Origin: Casimicrobiaceae bacterium
Lineage (GTDB): Bacteria > Pseudomonadota > Gammaproteobacteria > Burkholderiales > Casimicrobiaceae
Reading direction: 5' to 3'
NCBI GenBank assembly: GCA_050742615.1
Contig: JBOIGD010000105.1
Coordinates: 1 to 50,349, forward strand
Length of the DNA stretch: 50,349 bases
This document shows positions 44,132 through 50,349 of the stretch, piece by piece; the first letter of the stretch is position 1, and each line of letters opens with the position of its first letter. The position numbers and the translations under genes were made by a program. Below the pieces are notes generated by a model. It did no database searches, was not told the origin of the DNA, and saw only the letters and a program-made list of their open reading frames with translations.

Positions 44132-44739
44132 TGCGCGTCGACCCGCGGCAATTGAGATCGCGTGGTGCGTGTCGACAGGAAACCGAGGCGAGCCGTGAAC
44201 GCCGCCACGTACCTTGCTCCGATGCGCTCCGCGACGCGGTCGCTGCAGTAGCCAAATGGGTAAGCGAAATACTGCGGCCGCCGACCGACATGACGTTCGA
44301 TAAGCGTGTCCCCCATCGCACATTCGGCATCGATCTCGGAGTCGGAGAGCGCGCGCAAATCCCGGTGGCTATGCGTGTGGCTCTCAATCACAACACCGCC
44401 TTCGGCGAGGCGGTTGATCTGGTCCCAGTTCAGCATCGGATACGCGCTCGCTCCCGTCGCAGTGCCTTCCACCGCGCCGGTGTGGAGGAACAAATGGGCT
44501 GGGGCACGATATTGGCGCAAAATGGGAAATGCCACGTCGAACACTGACCGCATGCCATCGTCGAAAGTCAGCGCCACCCCGGACATCGTTTCGGTTGCAA
44601 GCAGCGCATCGAGACTGACGATCGGCACGTTCGCTGCGGCCAGCGTCGCGAGCAGAACCTCGAAATCCACGGGTGTGTACGACATTGCCCCCGCGCCGTG
44701 GTCTACGCTGTGGAATGTAAGTACCGCACGCATAGTCAC
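44029..44739 (-). CDS. Polysaccharide deacetylase (NodB-homology) family protein
   Basis: VLTFHSVDHG...VALTFDDGMRSVFDVAFPILRQYRAPAHLFL...ESHTHSHRDL are the NodB-type metal and catalytic motifs. Start GTG at 44739 (overlapping the GT4 stop) or ATG at 44733. Confidence 0.8.
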   Translation of the reverse strand: MTMRAVLTFHSVDHGAGAMSYTPVDFEVLLATLAAANVPIVSLDALLATETMSGVALTFDDGMRSVFDVAFPILRQYRAPAHLFLHTGAVEGTATGASAYPMLNWDQINRLAEGGVVIESHTHSHRDLRALSDSEIDAECAMGDTLIERHVGRRPQYFAYPFGYCSDRVAERIGARYVAAFTARLGFLSTRTTRSQLPRVDAHYLRGMFARLPLTKPSLRAYLICRKVLRKIRGSE

Positions 44740-45956
44740 GCGGACTCACGGCTGGCGCCGACGGCGAGGAGGCTCTCCACGTGGCTGAGATAAGCGGCAA
44801 CATGCACCTGTTCTGTATATCGCTCCAGGTATGCTTTGCGTCCAAGAGAGCCCAGTTCGTGACCGAGCTTGCGGTCCATCGCCAAACGATGAATGGCGCC
44901 CGCCAGTTCCTCCATGTCTCGGCACACGATCCCGGCGCCGGTCGCGCGCATCGTCTCGCCACAACCGCCCGTATCGAGCGCGATGACGGGCGTTCCGTGG
45001 GCAAACGACTCGAGCATGACGAGCGCGAGCACCTCCGGCGCCAGCGACGGAATGATCGTCGCCGTTGCTGCGCCATATAACGCCGGCAACTGCGCCGCCT
45101 CGACGCGACCGAGAAAGCGAATGTTGGCGAGACTCCTGCACCGCGTCACCAGTGCGTGCAGCTCATCGCCCTCCCCGGCCACCCATAGGTCGTACTGCGG
45201 AAGCTGAGCGAACACGTCGACCAAGCGACTGATGCCCTTGGCCGCAATGACTCGGCCGACGAACAGGAAGCGCGGCGGCTCGGGAATCGCGCCGTCGAAA
45301 GCGGAACTGGGCGCAAACCGAGAAAAATTCGGGAGCACGGCCATCGGACGCGTAATCCCCGCCTCGCGATGCCGCCGCGCGCAGAATTCGCTCGGCGCGA
45401 GCAGCAGGTCTACATGCTGCAGCTCTCGCGCGGTCAGGTTCGAAAGCCGCCAGAGCTGGGGCGGGACGCCCGAACGAATGCTGCAAGTCCCACACGTGGG
45501 CTTATCGCACGCTCGCTGCCGATTCTTCCATAGAATATGGGTCGGACAGAGTAGCCAGAAGTCGTGCAACGTGTACAGCCGGGTCCGTGCCTGTCCCATG
45601 CCGAGCACGCCCGGGCCGCCGACGAGCGAGATGTTATGAAAGTGAATGACGTCGAAGCTGCGCTCGAGGATGGCTTTCAGCGCGTGTTGCTTCAGACCGG
45701 GCCGACCGGTCTGCTGGGTGTAGAGCGGCGATAGGGGGCCCAACGGATGCCTCAGCCGATGCACAATGATCCCATCATCGCCACCCTGCTGCGCCTCAGG
45801 CACGTGGACGTTGCAGACCCGGAACGCGTCTTCGCAGTGGACGACCTCGACATCATGACCCGCACGGTGCAACGCACGTGCCAGCGTCTGCACAAAGATG
45901 GCGTCGCCGCCCGTGTGGAAAGGCGGATAGAACGTCGTCACCATGCAAAACCGCAT
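44736..45956 (-). CDS. Glycosyltransferase family 4 (GT-B) with a Cys4 insert
   Basis: MRFCMVTTFYPPFHTGGDAIFVQTLARALHRAGHDVEVV at the N terminus. The C-terminal TIIPSLAPEVLALVMLESFAHGTPVIALDTGG is E-x7-E-like. The insert is CPTHILWKNRQRACDKPTCGTC. Confidence 0.85.
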   Translation of the reverse strand: MRFCMVTTFYPPFHTGGDAIFVQTLARALHRAGHDVEVVHCEDAFRVCNVHVPEAQQGGDDGIIVHRLRHPLGPLSPLYTQQTGRPGLKQHALKAILERSFDVIHFHNISLVGGPGVLGMGQARTRLYTLHDFWLLCPTHILWKNRQRACDKPTCGTCSIRSGVPPQLWRLSNLTARELQHVDLLLAPSEFCARRHREAGITRPMAVLPNFSRFAPSSAFDGAIPEPPRFLFVGRVIAAKGISRLVDVFAQLPQYDLWVAGEGDELHALVTRCRSLANIRFLGRVEAAQLPALYGAATATIIPSLAPEVLALVMLESFAHGTPVIALDTGGCGETMRATGAGIVCRDMEELAGAIHRLAMDRKLGHELGSLGRKAYLERYTEQVHVAAYLSHVESLLAVGASRESA

Positions 45957-46156
45957 TTTTCCCCCGATACGGCTCGGCGCTCTAGCGCGGAGGAATGAGT
46001 GCCGCGGCGACCGCCCGACCTCAACTTCAAGCCGATGTCCAATTTACTACGAGGCAACCGCAGATGTGTGCGAGTGCGGCGCGAAGGGTTACATTGGCAC
46101 CAACAGCTCGAGCACACCGATTATTACGGCCCAAAAGACAAACGAAGGCAAGATAA

Positions 46157-46369
46157 TTCAACCCAAAAGGACCACAACAAGATAGCAAGCGAAGCGTCGT
46201 CGAGTCGCGTCTGCTGGCCGGCATCAAGGAAGGACGGCCGGCGCCCGACGTCGTGCGAGAGAAACGCGCGCGATTTCAGAAGGCGATGGCCGACCGCGTC
46301 AATGCCGCGAAGCCCGATACCAAACGAATCGGCGTGCTGACGACCGAAGTCGGGGATCTGAGCGATTAG
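46157..46369 (+). pseudogene. Possible remnant of a large serine recombinase gene (internal fragment, no start codon)
   Basis: This open frame has no usable start. It reads ...RSVVESRLLAGIKEGRPAPDVVREKRARFQKAMADRVNAAKPDTKRIGVLTTEVGDLSD*. The LExRVLxGLKxxLxxPE...coiled-coil pattern resembles the region after the zinc-ribbon of large serine recombinases. The surroundings (45990-46640) are AT-richer and non-coding. Confidence 0.3.
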
Positions 46370-46642
46370 AACTCGGCTCATCTCCGCGCTAACGGGTTAT
46401 GAGGCCGATTTAGTCAATGTAGCACATTTGTAAATCAGCAACTTGCAGCGCTTTGCCGACCCTGGCAGCTATGTGATCAAGGCACAATTGAGGCACATCA
46501 ATTCTGAGCGGGTCACAGAACGGTTTTCGCCGTGCACCCTGGACTCGAAAGTCCAATAAGGTAAGGCGACCGCAGCGGACGGGGCTCGCGGCTTCGCTGG
46601 AACACTTGCATCGCCGTCGAAGGGCTCCGGCGCAGTTCCCAC

Positions 46643-47845
46643 CTACGGCCGTCCGCCGCCTTGGCGGCCCGGTTGCTGGCGACCGCCTCGACGCGCTGGC
46701 CGATTGGTGCCAGCAGTCGGCCTGCGCGTCTGCGGGCTTCGCGCGTCGCGCCACTCGTAGCGCAACCCGCGCCAGAGGCGCAGCGGAAGGTGTCCGAGCG
46801 ACGGCAGCCGCCAGCGCGCGAGCAAGTAGCCCGGAAGCTGGCGCGATGCGCGGGCAAAGGAGTAACGCTCGCCCCAAGCTTGGCGATATCTCGACGCGTG
46901 CGCAGCGATGCGTTCGCGCATCGTGCCTGTCGCTCCCGGCCGCAGCGGCGGCGACCCTTGCGGCGGCCACTCGGTGCCGATCGACGCTGGCAGCATCTTT
47001 GGCACCAGTTCCCGCAAGTCGCGAAGGATCCCCTGCCATTCCGGCGCGATCGGGGCTTGCCGGGCGCGCGCGAAAAAGCGCTGCCAATCTGGCACCGCCC
47101 TCATCGCGTCCAGAGACAGTAGCAAGTCGGCGATCTGCCCGAATGCGTTCCCCACGACCGGTCGCCGGCAGAGATCGTGGACGGTGTCGGCTCCGCCCAA
47201 TATCAGCACCGGCTCGCTCGCCATTCGTGCGCGACCGGCACGCTCCCAGACCTCCGTGGGGAACCGACCGCGCCGATCGCACGGGTCGCATTGCCATTGC
47301 AGGTCCAGCGTCTGTCCATCGCCGTGCTGCCACACCAGGCGATCGGCGCCCAGCACGTAGCCGGCTAGGAACCAGCGCGGCAAGCGCACGCCGGCGTGCC
47401 AGCCCAGTCGCCACAGACAGCGGATCGCCGCCTCCGCCTGCGAGCCACGCACTGCACAGGCGAGCGGCACCTGCCTTCGGAGCACTGCGGTTACATCATG
47501 CAGCAGCACTGCCGCGGGCGGCACGATCAACAACTCGATGCCCGCCGCGGCGAGCGCCTGGAGGGTGGGGTGGAATTGTCGCGCGCGGCGCTGGTTCGCA
47601 TACCACGCCTGCAACGTGATGCCCTTCAGTCGAGGTAGCAGTGGATCGTCGCCGCCCTGTCGGCGCAGGTTGCGGTAGGTCCTGGGCAGCAGCCGGAAGG
47701 CGTCGTGATCGAGGTGCGCCTCCCAGTCGATGGCATCGCGCCAGCGGCGCCACGCCTCGACGGCGGTCTCGTCCGTACCGAAGGCGGCCCGCAGCAAGTC
47801 CGCCTGTAACGGCGTCAACGAAGCAACGCCCGGCGTTACGCTCAT
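46643..47845 (-). CDS. PF14907-like (uncharacterised nucleotidyltransferase family) protein, possibly non-catalytic
   Basis: LTPLQADLLRAAFGTDETAVEAWRRWRDAIDWEAHLDHDAFRLLPRTYRNLRR...RLKGITLQAWYANQRR...LAAAGIELLIV follows the family's N-terminal pattern as I remember it. Its ATG overlaps the ABC exporter stop (ATGA at 47842-47845). Confidence 0.5.
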   Translation of the reverse strand: MSVTPGVASLTPLQADLLRAAFGTDETAVEAWRRWRDAIDWEAHLDHDAFRLLPRTYRNLRRQGGDDPLLPRLKGITLQAWYANQRRARQFHPTLQALAAAGIELLIVPPAAVLLHDVTAVLRRQVPLACAVRGSQAEAAIRCLWRLGWHAGVRLPRWFLAGYVLGADRLVWQHGDGQTLDLQWQCDPCDRRGRFPTEVWERAGRARMASEPVLILGGADTVHDLCRRPVVGNAFGQIADLLLSLDAMRAVPDWQRFFARARQAPIAPEWQGILRDLRELVPKMLPASIGTEWPPQGSPPLRPGATGTMRERIAAHASRYRQAWGERYSFARASRQLPGYLLARWRLPSLGHLPLRLWRGLRYEWRDARSPQTRRPTAGTNRPARRGGRQQPGRQGGGRP

Positions 47846-49659
47846 GTCACCCCGAGGTGCCGGCGGTGCAGATCGTAGAGCGCGGCATAACGCCCGTTCA
47901 GCCGCACCAACTCGTCATGCGAACCGCTTTCGACGACGTGCCCGGCGTCGAGGACGAGGATGCGATCAGCCATGCGCACCGTGGAAAAGCGATGAGAAAT
48001 TAGCAGAATCGTGCGCCCCTTGGCGAGCGCGCGGTAGCGCAGGAACAGCTGGTATTCGGTGTCGATGTCGAGATTGGCGGTGGGCTCGTCGAGGATCAGT
48101 AGGCGGGCATCGCGGGCGATGGCCCGCGCGATGCCCAGCTGCTGCCACTGGCCTCCCGACGGATCGTGCTTGCCGAATAGGCGGCCAAGCAGGGTTTGAT
48201 AGCCCTGCGGCATCCCGCTGATCAGGTCATGGACACCCACGGCACGGGCGACCTTCTCGATTGCCGCATTATCGCCCAGCAGGCGCTTCCAGTCGCCAAA
48301 GGCGATGTTGTCGGCAGCCGTCGCGGCGTAGCGGCCGAAATGCTGGAACAGGCAAGTCACCTGGCCGCGAAGGTCGTCGACGTCGAGATCGCGCGAGTCC
48401 ACGCCGTCGAGTAGCACTGCGCCGTCGGTCGGATCGTAAAGCCGCGCGATCAGTTTCGCGATCGTCGTCTTGCCTGCGCCGTTGTCTCCGACGAGGCCGA
48501 CGGTTTCTCCGGGCTCGATGGCAAACGAGAGGTTCGACAGTGTCGGCTTGGCGGCTCCAGGATAGGTGAACGTCACGTTGCGAAACGCGATGCCGCCGGT
48601 GAGTGAAGTCCGTCGCGCGGCGGCACGCCGCGGTTCCTCTGACGGCAGCGCGAGAAACTTGCGCAGATTGCCGATGTGCAGGAGTTCCCACCGCAGGCTG
48701 ACGATGAGCGCGATGCTACTTTCGACCAGCGCGCGCAATTGCGCGGCGGCGCTGGCGTAAATGGCGAGGTCACCGATCGTCAACCGACCGTCCACGATCG
48801 AAAACGCGGCGCGACTCATCGCGAGATAGACTGCGACGACCGAGAACAGCGCGAAGACAAGATTGCCGAGAAACTCGAAACGCTGATAGTTCGCTAGCAG
48901 TTCGCGAAACTCCTCCATCAGGACGCGGCAGCGCTCGATGAAGAGCGGCGCGAGGCCGAGCAGCTTGATTTCGGCGGCCTGCTGCTCGCTGCTCAGTACG
49001 CCGGTGTGGTAACCGATCCAACGGTGCTTCTCGACCCGTACATCGAGCTCCTCGAATTGGCGGCGTGACAGCCGCCACTGGAACAGGAGGTAGGGAATTC
49101 CGACGGGGACCAGCAGTAGAAAGAGGATCGGTTCGATGACGAACAAGATCGCCATCAGCGACAGGATCTGGATGCCCTTGGTCGCTAGATCGAGCGTGAA
49201 GCCGAGACCGCGCGAGACATGCACATCGGGGTTGTCCTGCGCGCGGCGCAGTGCATCGTGGAAGCGCGGGTCCTCGAAGCTGGCGAAAGCCATCGCGTCA
49301 TTGTGCCGCAGGATGTCGAGGCGCAGACGATAGTGGAGATCGATCTCGAAGCGCCGGGCGAGGTACCGGTTGGCCGAGCCGGTGATCACCGTGCCCACCG
49401 TAGCCACAAAGCCAAGGAGCAGCCACAAATAGACGGCTCGCGGCTCGAATGCGGCCGCTTGCGAGAGACCACCATTCACAGCGTTGACCAGGCCCCGAAC
49501 CGCAAGCGCGGCACCGGCCGGAAATACGGTGGCGACCAGCGCGTTCAGCCAAAACGCTGTGTATAGCGCGGGGTGGGTCGTCCGACAGACGCGGAAAGCC
49601 CAGCGAATGTGGCGGAGCGTTGCGCGCACGCCGGCGTCGGCGTGGACCGATTCGCTCAT
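47842..49659 (-). CDS. ABC exporter, fused permease/ATPase half-transporter (MsbA/McjD-like), no C39 peptidase domain
   Basis: The N-terminal ~300 aa have 6 predicted TM segments. Walker A GDNGAGKTT, signature SGGQWQQLGIARAI, Walker B LLILDEPTANLD. I chose the ATG at 49659 (MSESVHADAG...); the track start is 49788. Confidence 0.9.
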   Translation of the reverse strand: MSESVHADAGVRATLRHIRWAFRVCRTTHPALYTAFWLNALVATVFPAGAALAVRGLVNAVNGGLSQAAAFEPRAVYLWLLLGFVATVGTVITGSANRYLARRFEIDLHYRLRLDILRHNDAMAFASFEDPRFHDALRRAQDNPDVHVSRGLGFTLDLATKGIQILSLMAILFVIEPILFLLLVPVGIPYLLFQWRLSRRQFEELDVRVEKHRWIGYHTGVLSSEQQAAEIKLLGLAPLFIERCRVLMEEFRELLANYQRFEFLGNLVFALFSVVAVYLAMSRAAFSIVDGRLTIGDLAIYASAAAQLRALVESSIALIVSLRWELLHIGNLRKFLALPSEEPRRAAARRTSLTGGIAFRNVTFTYPGAAKPTLSNLSFAIEPGETVGLVGDNGAGKTTIAKLIARLYDPTDGAVLLDGVDSRDLDVDDLRGQVTCLFQHFGRYAATAADNIAFGDWKRLLGDNAAIEKVARAVGVHDLISGMPQGYQTLLGRLFGKHDPSGGQWQQLGIARAIARDARLLILDEPTANLDIDTEYQLFLRYRALAKGRTILLISHRFSTVRMADRILVLDAGHVVESGSHDELVRLNGRYAALYDLHRRHLGVT

Positions 49660-49672
49660 CAGGCGGCAGCTT

Positions 49673-50349
49673 TCATAAGCGCTGGTAGACCTCGCTCGCC
49701 TCGAAGCTCTCGCGAAAGTAGCCGGGATCGAGCTTGGCGCGGATGTCGCAACCCAGGAGATACTGGTGCGCGGCGCGCAGGCGGCCAAGATCCGTCACCC
49801 TTGCGGCCGCATCGGCCGGGTCGCAGCAGTACAGCGGGTAGCTTGCTCCGAGATACTCCACCACCGCCGGCAGCGGATTGACCAGCAGCGGCGTGCCCCG
49901 GACGATGCATTCGATGACCGTGTTGTTCGCGCTAGCGTCGTGCAGCTCGACAAAGACGACATTCTCGGCCAGCAAGGCGTCGTATGCGTCGTTGGGCAGG
50001 TGCGCGCGCGTCTCGACGTCGTCGCCGTCCGGATCGAGCGTGAGGCCGAGCATGGCACATTCCCGCGCGAATAGCTCGCGCAGGTGCGCCTCGGCGCCGG
50101 GAGCGAAGTCGGGCGCAAGCCGCAGCTTGCGATAGCCGAGCGGGTTGTCGGCCGCGATCGGAAGGCGATAGAGGGCGGTCAGCCGGCGCAGCCACCAGCC
50201 GATCTGCACGATCCGCTTGCACGGATTGCCGAGAAAGCGATCGAAATCGAACGTCACGGCCGGCCGAACCGTCGGGTGGATCAGCGCCGACACCGGCTTT
50301 CCGGTCGTCTTTCTCAACCAGCGGGCGAGATGCTCGGACAGGGCGAACA
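49673..50349 (-). CDS. Hypothetical protein, 3' part only (continues past the right edge); C terminus faintly GT-B-like
   Basis: The frame is open to the window edge. The segment VVFVELHDASANNTVIECIVRGTPLLVNPLPAVVEYLG resembles the donor-binding helix region of GT-B enzymes. The stop lies 13 nt before the ABC exporter start. Confidence 0.45.
   Translation of the reverse strand, partial: FALSEHLARWLRKTTGKPVSALIHPTVRPAVTFDFDRFLGNPCKRIVQIGWWLRRLTALYRLPIAADNPLGYRKLRLAPDFAPGAEAHLRELFARECAMLGLTLDPDGDDVETRAHLPNDAYDALLAENVVFVELHDASANNTVIECIVRGTPLLVNPLPAVVEYLGASYPLYCCDPADAAARVTDLGRLRAAHQYLLGCDIRAKLDPGYFRESFEASEVYQRL

Noticed and set aside
45999-46340. Track ORFs 45943-46185, 45999-46340 and 46124-46381 in the AT-richer gap
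   Set aside because: Their composition is unlike the surrounding genes, and they have no RBS or motifs. The only protein-like reading of this stretch is the startless recombinase-like frame reported separately.
1-50349. Search for CRISPR arrays, tRNA/rRNA genes, IS elements with inverted repeats, toxin-antitoxin pairs or known phage-defence genes
   Set aside because: I saw no regularly spaced short repeats, no cloverleaf-like or rRNA-like sequence, no transposase or intact integrase ORF, and no nuclease, helicase or methylase combinations typical of defence systems. This rests on reading by eye only.

Overview
High-GC proteobacterial DNA, chromosome or megaplasmid; the taxon cannot be determined from the sequence alone. 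I recognised no rRNA, tRNA, CRISPR array, intact mobile element or known defence system. The window is a mosaic. (1) 0.4-10 kb: an opine/D-amino-acid-type catabolic cluster with a polar amino-acid ABC transporter, an HcnABC/opine-oxidase-like three-subunit flavoenzyme, a D-2-hydroxyacid dehydrogenase and a threonine aldolase. (2) 10-14 kb: a more AT-rich ~4.1 kb cassette bracketed by the 3' end of the aldolase gene and a diverged copy of it. It carries a SEC-C/TPR/GT2/GT4 mega-glycosyltransferase next to a SEC-C-tagged sulfotransferase. (3) 14-21 kb: a TAXI-TRAP transporter with a BKACE enzyme, a class-III aminotransferase and an RpiR regulator. (4) 21-32 kb: a minus-strand array with a LIV-type ABC transporter, two PhyH-family dioxygenases, a PanB paralog, an ICL/PEP-mutase-family enzyme, an FAD oxidoreductase and a GntR regulator embedded among the enzyme genes. 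(5) 33.6-44 kb: a distinctly more GC-rich island encoding a tightly coupled glycan-assembly operon. It holds a KdtA-N/CstII-like chimera, two GT9 heptosyltransferase-like enzymes, GT4/GT1 enzymes, an SDR-nucleotidyltransferase-SDR sugar-activation module and a methyltransferase, with a divergent sulfotransferase. (6) 44-50.3 kb: a polysaccharide deacetylase and GT4, a probable recombinase remnant, and an ABC exporter coupled to a PF14907-like protein; this cluster runs off the right edge. The best candidates for something undescribed are the SEC-C-tagged glycosyltransferase/sulfotransferase pair and the high-GC inner-core-like island with its chimeric first enzyme. All family calls rest on motif recognition by eye, not on database searches.
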